DNA of 64,000 bases from positions 2,403-66,402 of the IMG/VR virus record IMGVR_UViG_3300037478_000621; one strand, written 5' to 3'. The notes below the pieces were generated by a model. It was not told the DNA's origin and did no database searches. It saw only the letters and a program-made list of their open reading frames with translations. Below are positions 46,046 through 54,283 of the stretch, one piece after another; position 1 is the first letter of the stretch, and each line of letters begins with the position of its first letter. The DNA comes from a virus. Lineage: Duplodnaviria; Caudoviricetes. Made by a program: the position numbers and the translations under genes.

Positions 46046-46935
46046 ACATCGTCGACCAGGTGCTCGAAGAAGACTGGGCTCTTTACAACGCGGACTGCAT
46101 CGACGTTCTCCGCGGGCTGCCGGACGCCGGCATCCACTACACGGTCTTTTCGCCGCCGTTTCAGAGCCTGTACACGTACTCGGCGAGTCCGCGCGATCTC
46201 GGGAACTGCACCGACGGCGAGGAGTTCGCGCGGCACTTCCGCTTTCTGATCCCGGAGCTCCTTCGCGTCACTATGCCGGGCCGGCTGCTCTCGTTTCACT
46301 GCATGTTGCTGCCGACCTCGAAGGCCCGCGATGGCTTCATCGGCCTCAGCGATTTCCGCGGCGCCCTGATTCGGCAGTTCGTCGAGTGCGGCTGGATCTA
46401 TCACTCCGAGGTCGTGATCTGGAAGGACCCCGTCACTGCCATGCAGCGGACGAAGGCGCTGGGACTCCTGCACAAGCAGATCAAGAAAGACTCGTGCATG
46501 TCGCGCCAGGGGATCCCGGACTACCTGATCACGATGCGCAAACCCGGCGACAACCCAGAGCGCGTAACGCACACCAACGAAGACTTCCCCGTCGAGCTGT
46601 GGCAGCGGTACGCGTCGCCGGTCTGGGATGACATTAATCCCAGCGACACGCTCCAATTTCGCAGCGCCCGCGAAGACGCCGACGAGCGCCACATCTGCCC
46701 GCTGCAGCTGGAGGTGATTCGCCGGGCTTTGAAGCTCTGGAGCAACCCGGGGGATACCGTACTCTCCCCCTTCGCCGGCATCGGCTCCGAGGGCTACGTG
46801 GCGCTCGAGGAGGGCCGTCGGTTTGTCGGCGCCGAGCTCAAGGAGAGCTACTACAAGCAGGCCGTCCGCAACCTCAAGAGTGCGGCGAAAGGGACGAAAC
46901 CTCAGCTCGGGCTGTTTGAGGGAGCTGGGGCATAG
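46027..46935 (+). CDS. Beta-class amino-methyltransferase (likely N4-cytosine)
   Basis: 'VFSPPF' motif IV precedes 'VLSPFAGIGSEG' motif I; SPPF suggests m4C. Confidence 0.9.
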   Translation: MAEGSVNIVDQVLEEDWALYNADCIDVLRGLPDAGIHYTVFSPPFQSLYTYSASPRDLGNCTDGEEFARHFRFLIPELLRVTMPGRLLSFHCMLLPTSKARDGFIGLSDFRGALIRQFVECGWIYHSEVVIWKDPVTAMQRTKALGLLHKQIKKDSCMSRQGIPDYLITMRKPGDNPERVTHTNEDFPVELWQRYASPVWDDINPSDTLQFRSAREDADERHICPLQLEVIRRALKLWSNPGDTVLSPFAGIGSEGYVALEEGRRFVGAELKESYYKQAVRNLKSAAKGTKPQLGLFEGAGA

Positions 46936-47259
46936 TTGGGCGGCAAGCCACGACAGAACCCGCGCCCGGCGGCTCAGCGGAACAACCTCGCCGACGCCCT
47001 CGATCGCATCGCCGACCTCGAGGACGAGGTCGCCGACCTCGATAACCAGCTCGAGGAAGCCCGAAGCGACCTCGCCGACGCCCTGAAGGCGCCAGAGAGG
47101 CACGAGATCGAGTCGGACGGCATCCGACTCCGTCTCGGCAACTGCGAGCTCGAGGTCTGGCGTGGCAACCGGCTCGTCGGCCAGATCCCGACCTCGCCGA
47201 GCGACCACGCCGGCCCTGTCGGCGAGCTCGTCGCCGCGATCGTGGACTTGCTCCGATGA
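46936..47259 (+). CDS. Coiled-coil hypothetical
   Basis: 107 aa; start uncertain. Confidence 0.5.
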   Translation: MGGKPRQNPRPAAQRNNLADALDRIADLEDEVADLDNQLEEARSDLADALKAPERHEIESDGIRLRLGNCELEVWRGNRLVGQIPTSPSDHAGPVGELVAAIVDLLR

Positions 47260-47531
47260 GACGCTTCCGCCTTCCCCTCCGCGAGCCCTGGCCGCCGGGC
47301 AAGCACGCGTCGCGCCCCTGTCCGGTCTGCGGCATGCGATGGGTCCCGTGGGCGGGCTCTCGCCTCCCCTGCCACGGTCGCTGCCTGCTCTCCAGTGAGG
47401 CTCGCGCCGAGCTGGTTAGGATATTCCGCACCGACCCGACCCGCGGCCTGGCCGCCGTCGCCGAGAGCTTCGGAGTCACGCCCTCGGTGCTCCGGGCGAC
47501 GCTCCACGATGAGGGGGTCGGGGTCCGATGA
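47256..47531 (+). CDS. Zn-finger/HTH hypothetical
   Basis: CPVC…CH..C; 'AVAESFGVTPSVLRA'. Confidence 0.55.
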   Translation: MRRFRLPLREPWPPGKHASRPCPVCGMRWVPWAGSRLPCHGRCLLSSEARAELVRIFRTDPTRGLAAVAESFGVTPSVLRATLHDEGVGVR

Positions 47532-48313
47532 CGACATGCCAGCGATGGCGTCACGGGCGTGCGAGCTACCGGCCCGCCGGCGAGGTGATCGAGCCGCGGC
47601 GCTACGAGGTCGAGCAGCTCCGCGACGACGCCACCCCCAAGGCCTTCGTCGTCACCCACCACTACGCCCGCTCCTACCCGGCGGCCCGGCTCCGCGTCGG
47701 CCTCTTCGAGCGCGGCGAGCTCGTCGGGGTCGCCGTCTACAGCCAGCCCTGGCGCCACCAGTGGGCCGGCTCGCTGTTCCCCGAGGGCCTCGAGGCCGCC
47801 GCGGTCGTCGAGCTCTCGCGCTTCGTCCTCCTCGACCGGGTGCCGGCGAATGGCGAGAGCTGGTTTCTCGGCCAGGCCTTCCGGCTCATCCGCCGCGCCG
47901 GCGTCGAGGGCCTGCTCTCCTACTCGGACGACTTCCCGCGCCGGTCGGCGGGCGGCGAGCTCGTGTTCCCGGGCCACCTCGGAACCATCTACCAGGCAAC
48001 CAACGGCGTCTACGTTGGCCGCGCCCGGCGCCGGACCATTCGCGTGCTGCCCGATGGTCAGGTCCTTTCGGACCGCGTGATCTCGAAGATCCGCAAGCGC
48101 GAGCGCGGCTGGGAGTACGGCGTCGAGCTGCTCCGCCGACACGGCGCCGCGGCGCCGAACGGTGACCTCCGCGCTTGGCTCGACACCTGGCGCCGCCGGC
48201 TCACGCGGCCGCTGCGGCACCCCGGCTGCCATCGCTACGTCTGGGCGATCGACCGGCGCCTCCGGCGGCACCTGCCCGATGGCGCTCCCTACCCGAAGGA
48301 ACTGGCGGCGTGA
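47528..48313 (+). CDS. mom: Mom-family (GNAT-like) adenine-modification protein
   Basis: 'FVVTHHY…ELVGVAVY…VELSRFVL…NGESWFL…LLSYSD…GHLGTIYQATN' Mom-like signature. Confidence 0.8.
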   Translation: MTTCQRWRHGRASYRPAGEVIEPRRYEVEQLRDDATPKAFVVTHHYARSYPAARLRVGLFERGELVGVAVYSQPWRHQWAGSLFPEGLEAAAVVELSRFVLLDRVPANGESWFLGQAFRLIRRAGVEGLLSYSDDFPRRSAGGELVFPGHLGTIYQATNGVYVGRARRRTIRVLPDGQVLSDRVISKIRKRERGWEYGVELLRRHGAAAPNGDLRAWLDTWRRRLTRPLRHPGCHRYVWAIDRRLRRHLPDGAPYPKELAA

Positions 48314-48404
48314 GCGAAGCTCGCGACATTGCATCCGCCGACCTCGATCGAGAGGTAGCTCGTCGGCTCATCGCTGGCCTCACGCCAGCATTTCGGAGAA
48401 TCCT

Positions 48405-49520
48405 ATGGGAATGCCTCAGCGAAGACGGGGGGCCAGAATTCTCGGCCCCTACCCACACCATGACGGATGGCGATGTATCCAGGTTGCGGAAGATGGCAGC
48501 CGAAGACGCCGCTTCTTTGACACGGAGGAGGAAGCCAACCTCTACGTCCAGCTCTTCCAGGAGCAACTCGCGGCCGGCGACCGAACCACGGCGACGGCGC
48601 TCAGCGAGTACGAAAAACACCTGAAGGAGCAAGGCAACCTGGTCGGGTCGATCAGCCGCACGCGCTGGTCAATCAGCGTCTTCTTTCCGAAGCCGATCCC
48701 CCTCTGGGCGCTCAGCGAAAGGCGCTGCAAAGAGCTGTACGCCGACCTCACCGAGCGAAACCGACACGCGGACAAGCCAGACAAAGAGCCCGAGACCTAC
48801 TCGGTCGACTCGCACCGGAACGCTCTGGCCGAGGTGAAGACCTTCCTCGGTTGGTGCGTCGAGCAGCGCTGGATCACTACCAACCCGGCGGCGAAGGTGA
48901 AGGGCACCGGGAGGCGGCGGAAGCGCAAGCCCCAGCTCCGCATCAAGCAGGCGCGGAAGTGGTATGGCAAGGCTCTCGAGCTTGCCGAGGTCGGGGACGA
49001 TGGCGCCGTCGCCGCCCTAGTCGCCCTCCTTCTTGGACTCCGGGCGAGCGAGATCACCAACCTCGTCGTTGGCGACCTCGACGAAACCGACACGCCCTGC
49101 GACACGGTCTGGATCGATGACTCAAAGACCGACGCCGGCCGCCGCGCTCTCGAGGTCCCGGAGGTGCTGCGGCTCCTGCTGGTCGAGCAGGCCAAGGGGA
49201 TGCCGCCGGCGCGGCCGCTGTTCGCCGGCGCGAAGGGCCGCCCCCATTGGCGCGACTGGGTGCGTAAGAACGTGAAGCGGATCGCCGCCGCGGCCGAGCT
49301 CCCCGAGGACGTCGCCAGCGCGCTCACGGCCCACTCGCTCCGCGGGATGCTCGCCGACCTCGCCCTGCGCCGTGGTGCGCCCGGAGAGCTCGTTGCCGGC
49401 GCTCTGGGCCACGAGGACCCGCGGACCACGCGCGAGGCCTACGCGCAAGCAGGGGCCGCTGAGGAGGGCGACCGCCGCAAGGGCCTCAAGGTGCTCGCCG
49501 GGGGACGGGGCCGGGAATGA
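48405..49520 (+). CDS. int: Tyrosine integrase
   Basis: Catalytic R (LGLRASE), K (DSKT), HxxR (AHSLR), H (LGH), Y (REAY); arm-binding-like N-terminus; start at 48405 or 48411. Confidence 0.93.
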   Translation: MGMPQRRRGARILGPYPHHDGWRCIQVAEDGSRRRRFFDTEEEANLYVQLFQEQLAAGDRTTATALSEYEKHLKEQGNLVGSISRTRWSISVFFPKPIPLWALSERRCKELYADLTERNRHADKPDKEPETYSVDSHRNALAEVKTFLGWCVEQRWITTNPAAKVKGTGRRRKRKPQLRIKQARKWYGKALELAEVGDDGAVAALVALLLGLRASEITNLVVGDLDETDTPCDTVWIDDSKTDAGRRALEVPEVLRLLLVEQAKGMPPARPLFAGAKGRPHWRDWVRKNVKRIAAAAELPEDVASALTAHSLRGMLADLALRRGAPGELVAGALGHEDPRTTREAYAQAGAAEEGDRRKGLKVLAGGRGRE

Positions 49521-49614
49521 TTCCCGCCGCCAAGATGGCGGGGTCGCTGGCCGAATATGGTTTCCCGGGAACACCACGGCTCGCAAGTGGTTGTCATCAC
49601 CGCCGACGCGCACT

Positions 49615-49660
49615 AATGGCATTCAAGAGGTCTGGGGTTCGACTCCCCATATCTCCACCA
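49615..49660 (+). mobile_element. attP core: 3' half of tRNA-Ala(GGC) including CCA
   Basis: AATGGCATTCAAGAGGTCTGGGGTTCGACTCCCCATATCTCCACCA covers the anticodon loop (A32-GGC-U38, typical of Ala-GGC), 3' anticodon stem, T-arm (GTTCGA) and acceptor 3' strand; the 5' half is absent. Confidence 0.9.
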
Positions 49661-49692
49661 GAACACTCAGGTAATCGGACGGCGAACCGTTC

Positions 49693-49725
49693 CCGGGAAC
49701 GCTCCGGGAACGGTTCGGGAACGCT
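49693..49725. repeat. Integrase arm-type sites: 3 x 11-bp YCGGGAACGST; related copies at 49511 and 49565
   Basis: CCGGGAACGCT CCGGGAACGGT TCGGGAACGCT; palindrome GTTCCCGGGAAC at 49689-700; TTTCCCGGGAAC at 49561-72. Confidence 0.7.
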
Positions 49726-49738
49726 TCGAGGGCCGCCC

Positions 49739-50173
49739 ATGAGCGAGATCCGGGTGGCCGGCTACGCACGCGTCTCGACGCGCAAGCAGAGCCTATTCAC
49801 GCAACGCCAAATGCTCACGGGCTGGGCCAGGGAGCGAGGCGTGGGCATCGAGATCTTCGAGGATCGGGCGGTCCCGAGAACCATCGCCCCGGCGTATCGG
49901 CCGGGCTGGGCGAAGCTGCTCGAGTACCTCGGCAAGGGCGGGGTCGCAGCCTTTTGCTATGAGGACCGCCTGGGCAGCGAGCCATGGGGGCTGATCGGTG
50001 CAGCCGCCCGACTGGACTACCTCGGGGTCTCCGTCGTCTGCCTGCATCCGAGCCCGCGGGACTCAATCTCCTGGGCTGAGCTGCGCATGCGCTCAGACGC
50101 CGATATCGTGCAGGCGGTCGAGACCGACCTCACGGAGCGGAACGCCGGCCTGTTCGCGGGGGAGACCCGATGA
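49739..50173 (+). CDS. Serine recombinase, catalytic domain only
   Basis: 'GYARVST' with catalytic Ser, 'RPGW..LL', 'DRLG'; no C-terminal HTH; the frame is also open from ATG 49517. Confidence 0.8.
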   Translation: MSEIRVAGYARVSTRKQSLFTQRQMLTGWARERGVGIEIFEDRAVPRTIAPAYRPGWAKLLEYLGKGGVAAFCYEDRLGSEPWGLIGAAARLDYLGVSVVCLHPSPRDSISWAELRMRSDADIVQAVETDLTERNAGLFAGETR

Positions 50174-50772
50174 AGACCATGTTCCACGTCGAGATCGAGA
50201 CCAAAGACACCCACGTCCACGGCCAATCCGTCGTCGAGGTCCGCGCCGTGGCATTCAAGCTCGAGCACCACCCGGACCCCCGGCACGTGCTCATCCTCGA
50301 GGAGATCTGGCACCGCGCGCCCGAAGCCCCCATGGCCTGTGTCGATCGCGACTTCCGCCGGCCGCTTCAGGCCCGCATCGAGAGCGCGGCGGCGCGGTGC
50401 CTCCGGGGAGCGGTGGCCAGGGTCGGCAAGGGCCGGCCGGCCACAGGCTTCGCCGAGACGCTCCACAGTCTCGAGCTCCTCAAGGCGCCATCGGCTCGGG
50501 TCATGCCTGATCCGATGGATCCCATGAACCCGCTCGAGCCTCTCGGCGCAAACATCGTCATCGAGTACTCGGCGGCGCTTCCCCGGCCGCTCCGAGACCA
50601 CCTCTCCGCGTGGATTGGCGCCCGCCACAGGGCGTCCAAGCGCGACCAGCGGACGATGAAGGCGATGGGCGCCGAGCTCACCGGAGAGCTTCGGCGCCTC
50701 TACGACGCTGGCCAGCTCTATCACGACCCGGATAACGGATGGACATGGGAGCTCGGGCTCGAGGGCGGCTGA
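50170..50772 (+). CDS. Hypothetical protein
   Basis: 200 aa, ATGA-coupled to the recombinase with RBS GGAG. Confidence 0.65.
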   Translation: MKTMFHVEIETKDTHVHGQSVVEVRAVAFKLEHHPDPRHVLILEEIWHRAPEAPMACVDRDFRRPLQARIESAAARCLRGAVARVGKGRPATGFAETLHSLELLKAPSARVMPDPMDPMNPLEPLGANIVIEYSAALPRPLRDHLSAWIGARHRASKRDQRTMKAMGAELTGELRRLYDAGQLYHDPDNGWTWELGLEGG

Positions 50773-50806
50773 GAAACTTTCTAGCCCAGCCGTCGATATA
50801 GGGAAC

Positions 50807-50935
50807 ATGACCGCCGCCCAGATCGCCTTCCTCGCCGCCCTCCAGCTCGCCGTCAACGGCCTACCCGGCGCCTGGCCCTGGCTCGCGCTCCTCGAAGCCC
50901 GAATCGACCGAGCGCTGGCGCTCGAGCCGAACTAA
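50807..50935 (+). CDS. 42-aa hydrophobic peptide (not in the track)
   Basis: MTAAQIAFLAALQLAVNGLPGAWPWLALLEARIDRALALEPN; GC3-rich codons. Confidence 0.45.
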   Translation: MTAAQIAFLAALQLAVNGLPGAWPWLALLEARIDRALALEPN

Positions 50936-50938
50936 CGT

Positions 50939-52588
50939 CTAGCCGGACTCGTTCTTTTCGTCGAACAGGAATTCCTGTTGCCGGCGCACGCTGCGCTTCG
51001 GGCCCTTACGCTGGGCCGATGGCGGCGCGGCAATCCGCTTACCGACCAGCAACTCCTCCACCGTGATGATCTGCACGCGTGGGAACTTCTCGTTAGGTGA
51101 GAGGAGCGACCGATAGAACCCGGCGGAGGCCGCCTCTGACCGCATCTGGCGCGTCGGGGCGCGGAGCGCTATCAGAACCGCGATCGCCGCGCCCTCGCGC
51201 TCAAGCACGCCGCGTAGGTCGCGGACCTCTGAGAGTTTATTCTTGCCGGATTTCACAGAGAACAGGATGCGCTGCATTCCCGCGGCCGAAGACTCGAAGA
51301 ACGTCAGCGTCCCATCTATCCCCTTGTCGGGGCCCCGGGCCTTATCGTCGGACCTGGCACCCACTAGGCCCAAGGCCCATCGCTCAAACTGGAAGCGGTC
51401 GTCTTCCGCAAGCTGCCTGGCGCCCTCAAGGTCCTGCGGCTCACCAACAACGGTGCAGGAGGCGTGAACGTCTTCGCCAAAGACCTCCTGGAGTCGGGCA
51501 CGGATCAGACCTATTGCCAGGTGAGTAATGTCGATCCCCATCCATCGACGCCCAGCCTGCTGGGCTGCCTCGATCGTGGTTCCACACCCACAGAATGGAT
51601 CAAGGACCACCTGCCCTTCTTTCGAGAACGTCCTAATGATGCGCTCGAGCAGAGCTAAGGGCTTTTGGGTGGGATACCCGAGGCGCTCGGCGGCTTGCGA
51701 GTTAACAGGTGGTATGTCCGTCCAGACGTCAGTGATGGGCTTACCGCGCTGTTCATCCAGGTAGCGCTTGAACCTCGGAGTCGCGCCTGGTTTCGATTGC
51801 ACAACGAGGCCCTCGTCATGAGCCTTCTGCATCCGGGCCTTGGTCCATCGCCACACGCGTGTGACACCCATGAACTCATAGGTGAGGTTCGGCCGGTTCT
51901 GGTTGGGGTTCAGCAGGCTCGTGAGCTGGTACCGTCGGCCGTCCTTGTCGCGCTTGCTGTACTTCTTGGCCGTCTTCTCATCAAGCTCCTCGAGGTCGTA
52001 GGGTCTAAAGACGGCCGCTTCGTTCCATGTGAATGATGGCCCTTTCGCGTAGGCTAGGAGGATATCGTGGTTGTTGGGGTAGCGACGTTTCATCAAGCTC
52101 TTCGGCACCGTGCGTTGCCAGATGATTTCGTTGATGAAGCGCTCCGGGGAAAAGATCGCGTCGAGCACAACCTTTAGGTAGTGACTCGCAGTCGGATCGC
52201 AGTGCAGAAAAATGCTTCCGGTCGGCTTTAGGACCCGGCGCAGCTCCAACAAGCGGATCGCCATCATTGACATGTATGCCAGCATTCGGCTCTGGTCGAT
52301 GAAGCGCCGAAAGCTCTCAAGCGCCTGCGCGACCGGCAGCCCGGTGCGAATGAGCTCGTCATAGGCGGCCGAGGCAGACTCGTCCCACTCCCACGTGTCC
52401 TCGAAGGCTTTGATCTGGGCGGCAGCCTTCTTTCCCCCTTTTGGCTCCGAATAGAAGACGTTGTAGTCGCGACCGCTCTGGAAAGGTGGATCCAGATAAA
52501 TCAGGTCAACTGATTCGGTCTCGAAGTGCCTTCGGAGCACGTCAAGGTTGTCGCCGTAGAACAGCAGGTTCTGCTTGCTTCCCATCAC
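50939..52588 (-). CDS. Beta-class DNA amino-methyltransferase fused to an Mrr-like nuclease domain
   Basis: 'YLDPPF', 'YPTQKPLALLERII', 'VLDPFCGCGTT'; C-terminal 'DKGIDG…SVKSG…VRDLRGV'; lower GC than its flanks. Confidence 0.88.
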   Translation of the reverse strand: MMGSKQNLLFYGDNLDVLRRHFETESVDLIYLDPPFQSGRDYNVFYSEPKGGKKAAAQIKAFEDTWEWDESASAAYDELIRTGLPVAQALESFRRFIDQSRMLAYMSMMAIRLLELRRVLKPTGSIFLHCDPTASHYLKVVLDAIFSPERFINEIIWQRTVPKSLMKRRYPNNHDILLAYAKGPSFTWNEAAVFRPYDLEELDEKTAKKYSKRDKDGRRYQLTSLLNPNQNRPNLTYEFMGVTRVWRWTKARMQKAHDEGLVVQSKPGATPRFKRYLDEQRGKPITDVWTDIPPVNSQAAERLGYPTQKPLALLERIIRTFSKEGQVVLDPFCGCGTTIEAAQQAGRRWMGIDITHLAIGLIRARLQEVFGEDVHASCTVVGEPQDLEGARQLAEDDRFQFERWALGLVGARSDDKARGPDKGIDGTLTFFESSAAGMQRILFSVKSGKNKLSEVRDLRGVLEREGAAIAVLIALRAPTRQMRSEAASAGFYRSLLSPNEKFPRVQIITVEELLVGKRIAAPPSAQRKGPKRSVRRQQEFLFDEKNESG

Positions 52589-52727
52589 CCCTCCGCCACG
52601 ACTTTGCTGTCAGGCGATCAGGGTGCGCAACAAAACTACAGGTTTTTGGGGACACCGCTGATCGGCTGTCCAGTCGATTGTCGAATAGGCAGATCAATGG
52701 TCGCCGAGGTCGAGCGGCTTTTGACGC

Positions 52728-53144
52728 TCAACGGCGGGCACGGTGCGCCGACTCGGGAAGCACTTCGTTGAGAGGACGCAGCGGCCAACGCACGGAAGCT
52801 CGCAGCGACTTCGTGAAGCGAGGCAACACCTCCGTCGCCAGATGGAGTTCGAATTGAAACTCATCGGCGGTGACGGCGAGCGTCGTCCTGTCAGGAGGAT
52901 GCGACGGAACGACCTCGGCCCGCCACGACCGCGATGTCCCTACCCGACACTGCCCGACGACCCGAGAGAGCGGCTCGAAGCCTTCGAGCATCTCAAGGAG
53001 CCGAGTGGCGGCCGGTGGATTGAAGAGGACAAACACTCTGTCGGCGACGCGAATCGCCGGGCGCCGCCCGATCAGCACGACCGTGAGATGTGCCCTTCGC
53101 GGGCTTGCTCCGACCTCGTTGGCTTCCACGATCAGGGTCCGCAC
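52728..53144 (-). CDS. Hypothetical accessory protein
   Basis: GTG 53144 is preceded by minus-strand TAGCCT-N6, the same leaderless signature as other morons. Confidence 0.55.
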   Translation of the reverse strand: MRTLIVEANEVGASPRRAHLTVVLIGRRPAIRVADRVFVLFNPPAATRLLEMLEGFEPLSRVVGQCRVGTSRSWRAEVVPSHPPDRTTLAVTADEFQFELHLATEVLPRFTKSLRASVRWPLRPLNEVLPESAHRARR

Positions 53145-53186
53145 CCAAGGAGGCTAGGGGGGCGTCTGACGTTCGGCCCCAAGGGG

Positions 53187-53294
53187 TTGACTCCCACACC
53201 CAGAGCGATAGGCTGCCGCAATTGACCGCTCTGGCGGTCTGCCCCCGGCTCCGGCCTCATCCCAAGCCCCCGGACCTCGGGGGCGCTCTATTTT
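53187..53294 (+). ncRNA. Candidate ~74-nt sRNA with promoter (TTGACT-N16-TAGGCT) and terminator
   Basis: -35 at 53187-92, -10 at 53209-14; hairpin GACCGC-TCTG-GCGGTC (53224-39); hairpin GCCCCCG-GACCT-CGGGGGC (53266-84) followed by GCTCTATTTT. Confidence 0.5.
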
Positions 53295-53423
53295 CGGCGA
53301 CCGCGGTAAGCTCGGCGGTGCCGTGGTGGACGACCAGCACCTGGCCTGATCCCCGTCGAGGGCCGGGCGCCCGGGGAGCGCCCGACGGCTGAGCCGTCAT
53401 GCGACGGCCCTCGACACCTTTAC

Positions 53424-53969
53424 TCAGACCGCGGCGAAGCCGATAAGCCTCTCGCCCCGGCCGTCGATTCGGTGGGTCCGGCGCCGCACCTTTGCCGGGT
53501 AGGCCCCGACGTTGCCAGAGATCGCGACGTAGGTGCCGGCGGCCTCGTCCACGCTCTCGATCAGCTCGATATGGCCCTTCCAGTCGCCGTCAAGGCCGCG
53601 CTCGAAGCAGACCACACCGCCGACGATCGGCGTAGTCGAGAAGCGCCCCGCCTTGCCGATGCGCCTGTACAGCGCCTTGGCTCCGTGCGACGTCGCGAAA
53701 GGCAACGTCCACTGGAGGTTGCGCGCGGCCGTGACGTAGCACCAGGAGACGAGCGAGGCGCACCACGCGGCTCGCTTCTTGTCGCCTCGCCAGCGCTTCA
53801 CGTGGGGCCCGGCGTTGTTCGCGCCCTCTTCGCCGAACCCGAGCTCACCCCGCCCCACGATGAGCAGCTCGTCCCGGAGCGGCGACCAGTCTCCATCGAC
53901 ATCGCGGGCGCGGCGCTGGACGGCGCGGGTCCAGGCGGTGGAGATGGATGCGAGGATGTAATTGATCAT
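53424..53969 (-). CDS. Endolysin, CHAP/NlpC-P60 peptidase
   Basis: 'E.GANNAGP.V…AAWCASLVSWC…GHIELI…ISGN' Cys-His dyad pattern. Confidence 0.85.
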   Translation of the reverse strand: MINYILASISTAWTRAVQRRARDVDGDWSPLRDELLIVGRGELGFGEEGANNAGPHVKRWRGDKKRAAWCASLVSWCYVTAARNLQWTLPFATSHGAKALYRRIGKAGRFSTTPIVGGVVCFERGLDGDWKGHIELIESVDEAAGTYVAISGNVGAYPAKVRRRTHRIDGRGERLIGFAAV

Positions 53970-53971
53970 GT

Positions 53972-54283
53972 TCAGTGCTCGGCGCTAGCGGGGTCCAGGT
54001 GGGCGATGCGGCCGTCGAGGTGATCGAGCGCCCGCCGGTCCTCCTCGGTCCCGCCGGCGCGGACGATCGGCAGCAGGTCGCGCCGGCGCTCGCGCAGCTG
54101 CTCGATGATGTCGCTCGCGCGGAAGGCGCAGACGCGGCACCGTCGCTGGGCGTCGATCGCACTCTCGTGGATGCCGGTCTCGGCGAGGCCGCAGAGCGAA
54201 GCGCTGATCGAGGTGCCGCGCCCGGTGGCGTAGTCCTCGAAGAGGTGCTTGACGTTGTCGGGCCCCGTGGTCCATCGGATCAT
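53972..54283 (-). CDS. Hypothetical protein
   Basis: ATG 54283 overlaps the upstream stop; H…CG…CRVC. Confidence 0.5.
   Translation of the reverse strand: MIRWTTGPDNVKHLFEDYATGRGTSISASLCGLAETGIHESAIDAQRRCRVCAFRASDIIEQLRERRRDLLPIVRAGGTEEDRRALDHLDGRIAHLDPASAEH

Noticed and set aside
49615-49660. A complete tRNA gene
   Set aside because: The 5' acceptor strand and D-arm are missing; it is an attP core, not a functional tRNA.
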